A DNA stretch of 61,874 nucleotides, counting the filler, from Choristocarpus tenellus KU-1152 (taxonomy: Eukaryota > Protista > Phaeophyceae): assembly GCA_964200185.2 (NCBI GenBank). It is 10 parts of 10 records of this genome, joined end to end, with 100 filler letters (N's around TTAATTAATTAA, not from the genome) between each part and the next. Parts side by side here need not be neighbours in the genome. Positions count along the whole stretch, not along the records: positions 36,809 to 39,841 come from CAXNAD020022798.1; positions 39,942 to 45,024 come from CAXNAD020011932.1; positions 45,125 to 51,325 come from CAXNAD020008696.1; 7 more parts are not named here. One strand, written 5' to 3'. Under the pieces are notes generated by a model, which was not told the origin of the DNA, did no database searches, and saw only the letters and a program-made list of their open reading frames with translations. Every line of letters starts with the position of its first letter. The stretch's first letter is position 1. Positions 36,709-50,049 of this stretch are shown in pieces. A program made the translations under genes and the position numbers.

Positions 36709-39700
36709 NNNNNNNNNNNNNNNNNNNNNNNNNNNNNNNNNNNNNNNNNNNNTTAATTAATTAANNNNNNNNNNNNNNNNNNNNNNNNNNNNNNNNNNNN
36801 NNNNNNNNATGTTCCCCCCTTGCCCGTGCCTATCTCGTGAGCCGCCATTCCCATCCTCGATCACCTCCACCTCGTCCCCATGTGGGCCCATTCCGTTCTT
36901 TGTCCATCCTTCTCCATTCTGCGAAATCGAGACCTGGTTATCTATTCCTAGAGCTGGGTTAATCCCTCCACTTATATTCGTTCCTTGCCCATGCCTGTCG
37001 CGTGCACAGTCGTCGCCTTCCTCCTACGTTTCTTATTTGATATCACGCACACGGCTCCCTTAATACTTCGGTAAGTAAGATGAGTTGCCGATCATCCTGT
37101 CCTCCTCGGATTGTATCAGTGTTTTTTCCCCTTTCCTCCACTTCTCTCTTCACCCTGTCTGTAATATCATCAGTTATTCGGGTGCTTTGGTGTTAAATTT
37201 GAATTAGTAAACTAACTCATGGATGCGTGTTTGTTGCAGGTAGGTACAGGCTATCACTTGATGATGCTGTTGAGGCGATTATGCCTTCATAAACATTCCA
37301 ATGGGTAAGACATGTACCAGAGGTGATTTCTGCTCACAGGACATCGCGCCCCTTAATAGATGGAAGAGCTCTACTACACTTTGCTATTCCCTCCCCTCTT
37401 CTGTGATCCTTACACCTGGCACATATGTATAACGCTACCCTTTGTATTTTGGAGTGCCAAGCGATCCTCAACCCACAACACGCAACCTATTGTGGTACAA
37501 CAACTGCTGTTCCCAGTCCCATGTTCTTGGATGTATATTCAGAATGAAATTTATTGGGATGGACTTCTTTTCCGTTTACATCATCAGGTGATAGGCAGGG
37601 ATAAGTCCAATCGTGTCACATCCCCACACCATCTCCTACCTCGCATACTTCCAGGTGATGCAAAAGTCACAGGTAGTAACAAAGAAGACAGAGTGGGGAT
37701 TTTGATTGTGATGGGGATTGAGGAAAGACAGAGGATGTGTAAGTTGCAGCTCCGAAGGAAACCGAAAAACCTATGTTGATGTTTACTAATCCAATGACTG
37801 AAGGATGGGGGACTGAGACTAGGGGCGGGACTGGGGATGGGTCTATTGCTGGGGTGACTGAAGTCGAGACTACTGCTATACCCCTAAAAGGATCGCCAAC
37901 CTCAGGTAAACAGGGAACGGGGCGTAACTCCTTGAATGGCAAACATTAGTGCATTGAGATTTTCTACTGTTCTGGCGCAAGGTTTGTGGAATTTGTTTGG
38001 TTCCATTTTCTTGCTCAATAGTTATGGGTCATGACTACATATATATATATGCCGTACATGTAATCACACACTGTGTTGATGGAACTCACACCCAGACCTG
38101 AACACACAACCTCCTGACTGACGGATGGAGTGGGAGTGCTAGATTTGTCCTATTACTTGTATATACATTTCCACGGGTACCTAAATGTAAAACAATAATG
38201 ACAAGTCACATTAGTGTTACCTTCTCCACTTCTGCCTGTCATGTATCCAACCATACAACTAACTACACATGATGCGACGTTTTAATTTACACTCAAGTAC
38301 CCAGCTGCGTGCACATGGATAAAGCTATGGTATGCTCTGGCCAACTGTAAATATTCTCGAATACTATCTCTCCTTTGTGCACACCTGATGGCCATTCCCA
38401 TACCTAACATTACTTACAACACCACTATCAGTGCCTCCTCATCAAGTCTACACATATTAACAGCACAACATATCGCAACAATTTGGTAGGCACATTACAT
38501 GCGTGATACTGTCCAAAAACAATGACTGTAAACTTGCATCTTCCCCAAAAGGGGTGGGGTGCTCAAAGTGCATGATACAAGTCTCCTCAGCTCACGGAAA
38601 CAGGTGGTACTCTGAACCAGTCCTCCCTCTACTCCTAATCCTACTGTTTTTAACAATACTATATGGGACCCTGTTCTCAGCAAGCAGATAATGTTGTCTC
38701 TCTTCCAGCTATAGTGAAAATGGATGGGGCACCATGAGAATGAGAGTTAGTTGTGGAGCAAAGCAAAGTTGAAGAACAACACTCAGGAGCTTCTGCCCCC
38801 GCCTGTCTCTATTCCTTCTATAGCAAAAAAATTCCTTGCAAGAGTGAGAGCCTAGAAAGACTTTAATAATAGAACAATAGTTAAAACACCTACCACATGG
38901 ACTACACACACCCCACACAAGGTCAATACGTATCATAAAACATATATATTTTAAAAACACACAAGCATTAATACACACATCACAGAAAACATGACAGATG
39001 ATACATCAATGCATCTGTCGCACTGTACATGTATAATACACCATCCAAGGGAGAGCAGAACAAGAAGCACACCTCAAGGCTGAAAATCTGACCAGAATAA
39101 GTGCAAGGTGTATAAACTCCACCCAGGATCGACAAATCAAAACACACCAACACAAACAGACCAGTCATCGCATAGAACAGTATCAGCTTTTCCCCTCTGG
39201 CACAGCACACAAGGAGCATCAATAGCAACAACAAAAACTATTGATAGTTAATAATACATGGAGGGGTAAGGACGAAAATGTATGGCCAAATTGCAGCAAA
39301 TGGCTCAAGTTCAACGTCCTGCCCTCCCATTCCAACTTTAATCTGCTTCACTTCCTGACTCTGGTCAAAGTGCATCTACACAAAGCTACGACCTACAAAA
39401 CATATTTCCATGCGTGTGTGTGTGTGCGTGTGTGTGTGTGCGTGTGTGTGTGCCCACAACAATGCAGACAAACCTTCAAGGAATTAGCAACAAACGCCCA
39501 TTTCATGGGTGGGGTGACTTCAAACCATAAGCAGCAACTGAGTGATCCCAGCTAAAGTTGTGGAGGTACTCTGTCCGGTGCCTTGCTGGCACCTCCAGTG
39601 GAGTTGGCCAACGCTGATTGGCCAAGATGGGGTCGTAGGGTTGCCGCACTGGCCGACGAGCCTTCTTGATCAAAAAGCACCAATAGGCAGAGCAGGTTGT

Positions 39701-40049
39701 ATGTTGCAAAAAAAAAGGAAGGTGGAGTCAGTGGAAAGGATGAGAGAGGGCAGGAAATTGTGGGGCAGGGGGGGGGGGGGGGGTTGGTGGGGATTGATGG
39801 CCCATGGGAAGGGACAGGGGGAAACAGCTCACACCAGAGGGNNNNNNNNNNNNNNNNNNNNNNNNNNNNNNNNNNNNNNNNNNNNTTAATTAATTAANNN
39901 NNNNNNNNNNNNNNNNNNNNNNNNNNNNNNNNNNNNNNNNNGCCCTTGTCTCCCCCCATGTCCCCGCCCTCTTCATGGATCGGGAGCGGGACTCAGTGCT
40001 ATACAGGGCAGTAGCAGTAGCATGTTCTTTACTTGGGCCAATGTCGCTT

Positions 40050-41060
40050 CTACACATGTAAATGTGGGCTCGGCGGGAGTGGTATCAGCGTGTCGTAGGG
40101 AGGTGGTGTGTTATATTTATTCCCTGTAATATCAGCCGCTGCCGCCAACCGCTTTTCCCAACACATGAGGTCCTCCTCTACTGCTCTGAAGATTAGCTCC
40201 ACGATCCGTGGACTCTCTAATAGGTTTGATTTATTGGTCCCGTAAAAAATGCGAACTTTACGTCGAGCCTCTTCCAAATCATCGATTACCCGTTCTGTCC
40301 TTCTCTTCCCACTATTCCACCTATCCCCATATTTACAAATCCTCACCATGGCTGCCACAAAGCAGTCGAAGTTGTCAGGTAGCTCATAGTCTTCTTTGAC
40401 CGTCTTCCTCCCTAGCTCCCCTTTAGGCATGTATTCTCTTATCGTGAAGCCTGCCAGGTGTTCCAACTGTGCTGCAACCTCTTCCGTCACATCCACCTTC
40501 TCCTCCACTATCCTCTGCAACTCGTACTTTATTGTCCTGGCATTCCTCGATATTATAAATAGGGGGATTAACCCGAGTAGTATATAGTACTTTCTCGACC
40601 GACATAGTTCTTGTAATATCTCCATCATACCGTCCATTCTTTCTGTCAGCTTGCGGATCTCGTCGTTCTGATTTTTTAGGTTGGCCTTGGTTGCTCACGC
40701 TCCTCTACTCTCGGTCGTCCCCGTCCTCCACACCCATCTTCTCTCTCTCCCCCGTCTCGAAGATTCCCATTTCCCGTTGCGCCGTTTCGATATGTGCCTG
40801 CATCCTCTGCACCGCCATTGTTCCCGTCTCTAATTCCTGTTCCTTCCATCCCTTCTCTTCTGCCCAACCCTCAGTCATTTCTTCTCCTTCCCCTCTTCTT
40901 GTCCCTTCGTTTTTCCCCTCATTTTCCCGCGCCATCTCAGCCCACTCGATCTCGTTGTCCCTCCTGTCTGCCATATTGCCCATATGTTGGCATAGTGAGA
41001 AGCTTGCTCGGAGGTTGCCTTGGTCTCCGCTCCTCGTCTTGTACCCTGGTTTTGTATCAC
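40050..41060 (-). mobile_element. Frameshifted ORF1/gag-like region of a probable retroelement
   Basis: Purine-rich E/R/K coiled-coil segment followed by the 195-aa ORF 40637-40050, with stops and frameshifts between pieces. No diagnostic motif. Confidence 0.3.
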
Positions 41061-43152
41061 TTTTTTACTGAATGGCTGTTGTCCCTCCTTTTATCTCCAC
41101 TCATTCCCATTAACCTTCTCGTCCCTTCCTTAGCTATTCCTTCTCTTCCTACTTCTTTCTTTTCCTTTTCCCCCACATTCTTGTCCTGTGCCCCCAACCA
41201 ACCAGAATTCTTCCGCCCACAAAACTCAGATTTACTTCATAAACTTTAACATTCATGCAAATATATAGGACTGAACATTAATTGGACTTTTACACTTTGA
41301 AGTACTGTGAAAGGGAGAAAACAAGCAGACAGGTTCTTCAGACTGAAGGGGACCAGGACGCCCCATAGTAGGAAGGGAATGAAGAGAGACAAAGAAGGGT
41401 GAATGATAGGAAATCTATTGCAGTTACTGCTTGCAGGTTCCAATACTACCGCCATCGCCACTGTCAAATGGACGGAAACAGATAGACAGGTTTCTTCAGA
41501 CTGACGGAAGAGAAAAGAGGCAGGAGGGTGAGTAATCCCTCAGAAGGTCACTCAGGGAAGAGTGAACAGGCAAAGTGAATGAGGGGTTTCGTAAGGTCCA
41601 CTCAAACCACCCGATATTTACTTCAACAAGTAAATGGAGATGTCATATGAGGCAACACATCAGAGGTACATCCTCTCAAGGAAGGTAATCTTAAAAGGTA
41701 TACCTTAGTTGGAAGATGACTATGGTAGTATAATAATACTAATGCTTTTACTATCGGAGAGTAGAAACATGAATTAATACTACACAGGTCGAAAAAATAT
41801 ATCGGTATGTCCAAAAAAACACATCAACAATGGAGTATCAAGGTCAACATATTCCGACACACTGCCCCATTCTCAATTTACGTCTTCTCTAATACATCAA
41901 TACATGTGTCCTACTTGATGTTGAGCCCAACAAGTACTTTCAAGGTAACTTGAAGATTGCGATGTGTTGGTGTAAACACACTAGCGACTTCGTTGGGATT
42001 TTAAGGTTGGGAGTTAAGGACACATTGTGCCTGCAGAGCTAATAGTTTAAGGCATATCGTGTTTGAAGTTTTGAGGGCTTAGGACTCAATATCAACGTGA
42101 TACATTTTCAAAATCAAATGATAGAGTAATTGAGTTCTTTGAAGTATGGAACATTCCCTCTTTCACCTACATCTACGATGACTTCTCAAAGTCAGATAAC
42201 TAAACACAAAATCATCGTAGTCTCCTCTGACCACCATGTCTATATCTCGATGCTACTACATTACCATATATAGAAGAGATGCAAGAAATATCCCCCCCTC
42301 CAGTACAGAGGACTGTCAGTCGGCGCCCTATGGATGAGTCTTACGATTCGGAGGATCCTCGCAGTCGACGCCGCCAGGTGAGTTGGTCGCCTATATTTCG
42401 AGAGAAGCCTTATTATAGTTGGTCTTCCACCTCATTCATTCGATCCGCAAAAACAAGGTCGAGGTTTGCCAGGGTCAACCCCCAAACTAGCTTTTGTGTG
42501 TCATGGGGTCCTCAATCGGCTGTTTCTTCCAGTGGATGATGGATTGCTCTGTCACTTGAAAAGTAGATGGTCGTTATTGGATCCTTGGGAATCCGACTCA
42601 ATGTCATCGTCACTCCCATTGAAGCATAATTACCTATTCCCTTCCCCTCTCACTGTCTCTGTGCCCTGTAATGGTACAGAAAGGTGTAGGGCACGACCAT
42701 AGCTATTGTTCCTCGTCATCCTCCGTCGTATCCAAGGGGAGAGGAAACCCTATGGTCTCCTGTACCGATGACAGCGGCATCGATATGGCAAAAGACGAAT
42801 CCTTTTCTTCGTCCAAACTTTTGTGCGAGTCCCCCGTCCAGTATACTCCAGGGCAACTTGTCGATTTGTCAATGTCATCTCCCAGTCTCACCAACCACAG
42901 GGATGTTCTTCTGGGGAAGGTGTGCGACTTGTCTTCGAAAAATAACCTTGCGTATACACCTTTGCTCATCCCTGATACGACAAGGTGAAGAAAAGCCTTC
43001 CCTTTGCAATTTGAATACCCTTATGTTTTCCACCACCTGGAAAATTGGATCAGCGCGTATTGCGCCTGAATGTGACGTCGTATGAATGGGATCTGTTGCT
43101 TATCCCGCGAATCAACACCTTCCTCCCTTGAATAGGTCGTTAACCATCTGCA

Positions 43153-44804
43153 GGATGTTACGAGACTTGCGATGGAGGAGATGCAACATCGAAATGACTA
43201 TTTTTTGGCAAAGGTAAGATCCATGTGACACATGATCATCAAAACTTCCAACCTTACCTTGTAGCCTCCTTATCTCTCTTGAAGTTTATCTGGAATCGAA
43301 GGAGCGATACGCGACGTGGTTCATGCATTAGTGTGCAATGTAGGACAATAGTGAGGCCTCTATCCTTGTTAACAATAGTGGTGATATCAGATGTGTTTTG
43401 ATTGAAATATATGATGTACCTATCTACCACTGCTTCTATTACTAGTAGTGACTGAACTGTCTGTTCCATCATTTCTACAATCTCATATGGATGGTAGACG
43501 CTTCGGTCATAGTTGGTAACTCTGTATCAACAATATCAGCAACAAGTAGTAGTGGTACAAAACGGAGATTGATGTTTTGCACCGTCTCCGGTCAAATTAT
43601 TGACTACGTGGTATCAGACAATCCACGGCGTACGTCAAGCTGCTAGCTTCTCCTCTGTTATTGTTTGTAGATGGCATTATCAGTGCCTCGATCTTTGCTC
43701 TATCATCCCCCTTTCTATCACTCTCGTCCAACATCGTTGCGCTGTTTCTCAGAGCATGAAGATATTCCACGAACAGGTCATGGAGGGAATGGATGCCTAC
43801 ATCCGTGACGCGGCTTTCAGCACAAAGAGCTTTGAAGAATTGATGTCCGAGTCTCTGAGAGGTACAGCAAGGTCTGTTAGTAAAGAGCGCAGCTCTTGCT
43901 GTCATGCCAAGCCAGAGGCATGTGCATCCAAGACTACCACGGGACCGCTGAGGTCTGTTCCGCAAGATCTCACGTCTTCATTCACCACCTTTGGCATGGA
44001 CAGCCAAATCCATGAAGTCCCTGCGGAAGGTGTGACTGCAGATGGCCTGTGCAACACTATCCCCACATCCTCCACGGTGAGGGGACTACCTGGCTTCAGT
44101 CAAGACTTTGGGAAATCACGGGTCAAGTCCTGCCCCCCACTGAAGCCCCCATCTCGCCAAAGCAATGGCAGTATTGCGCTGAGTGCCAGGAAGACTGAGG
44201 ACGTGTCACCCATACAGGGCTGTGCGCCGACGCCATCTACTGGGAAGGGGTTGGGCAAGAAGTGCTTTGCTCAGGCTCTGAAGAAAGATAACGATCTGTG
44301 TCCTTACTTCAACATGGACCTGTCACCACGTCAGTTTGACCTCATATGGCGAGAGGACAATGCCTCCCTCCAGGAAATGCCGCCCAGCAGGCATTCTCGC
44401 CCACGGCACTCCCCCTTCCCCCGGAATGGTAATGATGGTTGTCGTCTTTCCATGAGGCAAGGAGGAACCAAGGCTCACAAGCCTGAAACACCTGTTGCCC
44501 AATCTCAGGACCTATCTTCCTCTCTGCAGGGGGTTGGGTGTGGCGGGGACTCCAACATCCCATTACAGTCCTGCCCCAAGGTACGAGTGTCGTGCAAGCT
44601 CCCCATGCCCACATCAGACAAAAAAACCAAGCCCTCGACATGCCAGGTTGAGGCTGGTAGTACAGGGAAGGTACCACTGCCGCGACCACCACAAGCAAAG
44701 GGCACAAGGAAACCTACCCAGACACCATTCCTTACACCCCTTACCCAGAACCAGGCCGGGGAGGTACCAGCAAGGGCTTTCAGGGGATTTAGTGGGGCTA
44801 CAAG
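43153..44804 (+). CDS. Probable spliced gene of unknown function (exons 43153-43212, 43752-44804; incomplete)
   Basis: CAG|DVTRLAMEEMQHRNDYFLAK|GTAAGA splices in frame to CAG|SMKIFHEQVMEGMDAYIRDAAF..., inside a 402-aa ORF ending at a GTAAGT donor. Upstream exons are unresolved. Confidence 0.45.
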
Positions 44805-44848
44805 GTAAGTGGAAACCAACGGCGGTGGTGATTGGGGTTGCAATGACA

Positions 44849-45024
44849 GAGCCAAAGTATCTGGGGTGTGTGTGGTGGCTGTCCAGTTGGAGTCAATTTT
44901 TTCATGTTGCGATTTTTTGGGGATTTGGTTGCATACGTTGGATGGATAATGTAAGTGCACTTTTCCTGGTTTTGCCCAGAAGGACACCCTGGTGTAGACC
45001 CCCCCCCCCCCCCCCCCCCCCCCC
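44849..45024. mobile_element. MITE family B running into contig break
   Basis: GAGCCAAAGTATCTGGGG...GGACACCCTGGTGTAGACCCCC; matches ~720-885. Confidence 0.9.
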
Positions 45025-45124
45025 NNNNNNNNNNNNNNNNNNNNNNNNNNNNNNNNNNNNNNNNNNNNTTAATTAATTAANNNNNNNNNNNNNNNNNNNN
45101 NNNNNNNNNNNNNNNNNNNNNNNN

Positions 45125-46030
45125 GTTTTGGAATGTTTAATGGGGCTAAGGCTAGGTTGGTTGCTCAGAGGTTTGGCCAGGAGTATGATCTTGATTATTT
45201 TGAGACATCTGCCCCCACTCCTTCCCCCTCATCAATTAGACTGATGGCCAGTATGGCATTTGAGTTGGACTTGACATTATGGCACCTAGATGTGGAGCTG
45301 ACCTTTGTTCAATCTGATTTTGGATGAGAAAGTGTACAAGCGCCTCCGACAGGGATGTGGAGATCTGACTAAAGGTATCTTAGAGGGTACGAGTTTTGCC
45401 CTGTTTGTCCATTTGGGGCTTGGCTTCCGACATGTTTTGTATGACATTTTACCGACACCGAAACATTTCAGAGTAGGTAAAATATGTACTTTGTGAAAAA
45501 GTATATCCTTGAACAAGGATATTGACACTTCCTAAAAAACACGATAGCCAAAATTTCATCAAAATCGTAACCATTGGATTTTGGTCCCTAAATGGACGCG
45601 GCCCTACCCTCTAAGATACTTTGACTCATCTCTCCTATTCGACTGTACTCCTTCACAGGTCCCTGTATGGTTTAAAGCATGCCTCTAGGACTTGGAATAC
45701 CAAGCTGGTTTCCACCCTCAAGCGCAATGGTTTTGAGCAGTGCCTAATTGACCCGTGTATATTTAGACTCAGAAGGGATGGTGCTGTCAAGATGATGCTT
45801 GCCGTTCATGTAGATGATATGACGGGTTTGGCGTCTGGTGATGATTGCGATGATCTTTGTGCCTCCCTGAATGAGGAGTTCCCCACCAAAAAGCTTGACT
45901 TACTGTCTCGGTTTTCTGGTTGCACTTACACGAGAGATTGGAAGCGTGGTACTCTCTCCATTACCCAGATTAACCATATTGTCAGTTGTGTGAACTTTTT
46001 TCCATCCAATCAACCAGCCCCATCCCTGCA
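45125..46030 (+). mobile_element. Copia RT fragment interrupted by a MITE
   Basis: KARLVAQRFGQEYDLDYFETSAP...HLDVELTFVQ...RSLYGLKHASRTWN...HVDDM. Confidence 0.93.
45367..45627. mobile_element. MITE family A in Copia RT
   Basis: TSD ATCT. The empty site is in the paralogous Copia at ~18590-18600. Confidence 0.95.
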
Positions 46031-46289
46031 GAGTGAAAGTATCTTAGAGGGTACGAACTTTGCCCTCTTTGTCCGTTTGGGGCTTGACTTCCCTCGGGGG
46101 TTTTATGACATTTTCCCACTCCGAAATTATTTCAGAGTAGGTAGAATATATACGTTATGAAAAGGTGTGTCTGGAACAAGGATAATGACACTTCCTAAAA
46201 AACACGATAGCCAAAATTATATCGAAATCACAATATTGGATTTTGACCCTCAAACGGACGCGGCTCTACCTTCTAAGATACTTTGACTC
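46031..46289. mobile_element. MITE family A without TSD, truncating Copia RT
   Basis: Flanks TGCA/TTTC. Confidence 0.92.
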
Positions 46290-47095
46290 TTTCTTTCAGC
46301 ATAAGACCCCAGATGCAAGTTAATTGTTCGATTTTATTTTTTCATCGGTTGTCATTGCCCCCTCTGAGTGCATCAAGCTCACTCTGCAATAAGTGCCCCT
46401 GACGCACACTTGGATGTAATAATACAGAGTTAAAACCATCTAAGGAAACCCTTGCCAGCTAAGGTAACAAGCCTCTCCACAGAGCATGGACTTCTTTCGT
46501 TGAATATCTCGTGAAATAACACTGAATTCACATCACATAATTCTTGACTGACAGATCAATGACTTCAGTTGTAACAGAATAAAACATCGGTGCTTTGTAG
46601 CACAACACCACATCTACTCATACCACAGACTACGCATCTTACTCATCGGTGCTCTACACAGCAAGATTCCTCTTCACTCGTAGTCCACGCATCTTGCTCA
46701 CATGTACGATACATTCGATTCAGGTTTCAACAGGTTATGAGCCTCACACGATTCCTGTCATCGGATGTGTCCCCAAGTCTGAGTTTCCTTGAGAAGCGAG
46801 CACAAGTCCGGGATGATGATAGCCTGAAGGGGCATAACGCGGGGACCCGGTTGTGCGTCCTGCAACGCCACGGAGGTATTCGTTGTAGAGGTGGTGTTAC
46901 TGTTGGCATGTTTGCGCGTGACGGCCTTGTTTGGTTGTATATGTGTTGTTTGTGTTGTTTGTGAAGAACAGAGGATATTATTTAGGATATAGGATATATT
47001 TTGGAAGCGAAATGAAGGCATGCGTTTTGGTTATGGGTCTATAGTGGTACCAATAGCTTATGCGTCTCGGGTTGTCCCGTCATAACTTTTGATGT

Positions 47096-47352
47096 GAGTG
47101 AGAGCATCTTAGAGGGTACGAGTTTTGTCCTGTTTTTCTGTTTGGGGCTTGGCTTCCCACAGTTTTTTTATGACATTTTCCTACTCCGAAATGTTTCGGA
47201 GTAGGAAAATATGTATGTTATGAAAGTGTGTGTCCAGAACAAGGATATGGACACTTCCTAACAGACATGATAGCCAAAATTACATCAAAATCGCAACATT
47301 GGATTTTGGGTCCCAAATGGACCCGGCTCTACCCTCTAAGATACTTTGACTC
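47096..47352. mobile_element. MITE family A
   Basis: Flanks ATGT/GTGT; empty site at ~12291-12300. Confidence 0.93.
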
Positions 47353-48342
47353 GTGTAGATACTGGAATTAAAAAGTAAAAGCATATTCATGATGCCCCTC
47401 ACAAGGAAGGCCCTCCAGAGTACGGGCTTCGTTTTTGTTTTTCGCCATTTTTTCTCTTTGTGAGCAAAGATCGGTCATATCGGGGTTCGAGCCCTGGATT
47501 GCAGATCACGAAGGGCGGCAACAGATGCACTATTACGTTATTGAAGTATAGGGTTTAGACGGGGGAAAAGCCTCCCCACCCTTTCTTCCTGTGTCTTGAT
47601 GTACCCAACCCACTCTTTGACCTCGGCAAAGATGTCCTCGTCGAGGCCCAGAACAAAACGCCTCTCATCGCGCCCTTGCTCCGACACCTTGATGTGGCCC
47701 TTGGTTAGGAAGTCTCTCTCCCTTTTACTCACAGTTTCCGACCTGACCATCGCATATCCTGCTGCCATCTTGAACGCTGTTTGACAATTTTTCCCATGGT
47801 TCATACACAGGTATAGGATTCGCAGTGTTAGAGCCTTTACAATCGCATTTCCTCATTGAGCGCCGGAAATGGGTTTCCTTCTTTCGGGATTCAGAGCCCT
47901 TGTAGCCCAACCCTAGTACCTTCTTTCTCGTTTCCTAAGCCACTCTGGCTCACATAGCTTCCAAACACCCAGGACCTGCTGCAACTGTTGACTACCAAAT
48001 ATTCTACACTCGGGTTTTCGCTTAGGCGATTCCTGAGTGCAATGACATGTAGTTGCACTGCTCTCTTCCCCAACCTTCCCTTCGGTCAGCCACTCTGGTT
48101 CTACCTTCGCCTGCCGTGACCAGGCTTCCCCAGAAACTTCATAACTGTACCACACCTGGTGATGGACTCGCTGCTCTCTTCCTGATTTCCCGAGGTGGCA
48201 GAGACTGCAGAGCAGTGCTCCAACTTGGTAGAAGATCCAACCACGTTTGTATGGTAATGCTTTCAATGCATCTTTTCTCAGCGTCAGTGTCGCAACCGCG
48301 TGGTCCATTTCTCGATTCGATCATGCTGCTGCGCCACACTAC

Positions 48343-49205
48343 CGATACAAGCGCCCCTCAGAACTCACCTCCACAGGATATACAACTCAAATCCAACGAC
48401 CTTAAAACGACGCTATGGGGGCGTTGCCCTTCACAACAGTTTGTAGGGTGTCAGATGTCCTTCTCTTCTTGATAATATTCCACTCAGCGCTTAGCTCAAA
48501 GCTCGACTCAAAGTTTCGTTCAAGAGTCAAAGTATCTTGGTAGAGCCGTGTCCATTTGGGGGTCAAAATCCAATGTTGCAATGTTGATGTAATATTGGCA
48601 ATCATGTTTGTTAGGAGATGCCAGTATCCTTTTTCCGAACACACCTTTTCATAACGTATCCATTTTACATACTCCGAAACATTTTGGAATACATGAAATG
48701 TAATAAAAAAACCCATGGGAAGCCAAGCCCCAAATGGACAAACAGGAAAAAACTCGTACCCTCTAAGGTACTTTCACTCTCAAGGTAAAAGATAAAGACT
48801 GGAGGTAAGGGGCATGGCTTTGGCCAAAAGCCCTCTTATTATTTACATCATCCACCCAACTTCTTTGGTCTTCTATGCAACTGCTCTACACCTACTTCAA
48901 TCATAAACCTTTATTCTTCAACTTCTTAGTGACTTTTACATTTTGTTCTATAATGTTACGTAGGTAATCCGAATCTTACTCTGTATCTTCTACGAAATCA
49001 TCATCTGTAAGGCTACCTATGTGTTATTAGTATCGTATATTGTTCATACTTGTTAGAACGCAAGAAACAATCCTCACACTATACGTATGTCACAAATGTT
49101 CGTATTTGCTAAAACATGGGGAGAAAATGCTGGCGCTATTCTCGTGTAACAAATGCCCGCACTTCGTTGGAACACAAGAAGAAACGCTCACGCTATTCGC
49201 CTGTA
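48343..49205. mobile_element. ~860-bp insertion with 7-bp TSD ACACTAC, ending in three ~57-bp tandem repeats
   Basis: Absent from copy 1 (CCACACTACTCGCG at ~13055); ACACTAC at 48336-48342 and 49206-49212. Confidence 0.65.
48524..48779. mobile_element. MITE family A
   Basis: TSD TCAA. Confidence 0.95.
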
Positions 49206-50049
49206 ACACTACTCCCACTTTCTCGTCACCTAACATCGCACTGGGTTTCACACGGTATTTGTTTTTCCGGCCGCTCTCGACAGAGAAGGTGCCGAGGGTA
49301 GATCCAGAGGGCAGAGCGGCCTCGGCGGCTCTCCTTGTCTCGCCGTCGTGGTTCATGTTGTTGTGTAAGTCACGTGCGTATGTGCTCAAAGAAAGTCTGC
49401 AAGAAGAGGCGTTAAAAAGAGGAAAATCTTGGTGTTTTTCTGCTTTTTTTTGCCGGTGGGCCGCACCAACCAAACTTGGGCAGCGACCTAACCCGGACCA
49501 ATTTTCTGCAAGGAGTTCAGTCAACCACTTCATTTTTGTACATTTTGAAGTCGTGACCTTCAAAATTGCACCGGAGAGATTCCCCCGCGTTTTTTCCATT
49601 ATTTTGTCGGGACATAGTTCCCGTTCACCAAAGTTTGTACATTCCTGCATACAAACCTTCAAAAGGTCTTGTCATAAGCTTTCATTTGATATATATATAT
49701 TGTTGTATATCTATTGCGGCCCTATCTATGGTGAACAAAAGCAAAACTGCCACAGAGGGCGAAGCTATTGATATCACTTTACAAACGTTTTTAAATATTC
49801 TGTGAGAGTTTTGGATTGTGGTTGTGGAGTAGGACAGTAAAATTATACTTAAAACAATTGTGGTTTGGAAGTTAGGGTTGAGTATTATGGGAAGGTTATT
49901 TGTACGTCAAGGAACATTATTGGATGTAATGTTTGTATATGAACAGATCGGATTGATTCGTTATGAATACCGTTCCCTTCCTAACAATAAAAAGCATTTC
50001 TCACCTTGTCCGTCGGTGACATGCAAATAGTTGGCACTCCATCAACAAA

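Larger units (their letters stand above)
47040..49781 (-). mobile_element. Tc1/mariner(IS630)-like non-autonomous element, copy 2, with nested insertions
   Basis: TIRs TATAGTGGTACCAATAGCTT and CAGAGGGCGAAGCTATTGATATCACTTTA. The ORF remnant AFKMAAGYAMVRSETVSKRERDFLTKGHIKVSEQGRDERRFVLGLDEDI resembles a transposase N-terminal HTH. No DDE core is seen. Confidence 0.7.

Noticed and set aside
36809-39841. Possible exons in this contig
   Set aside because: Splice-like signals exist, but I found no phase-consistent stop-free model or recognisable motif.
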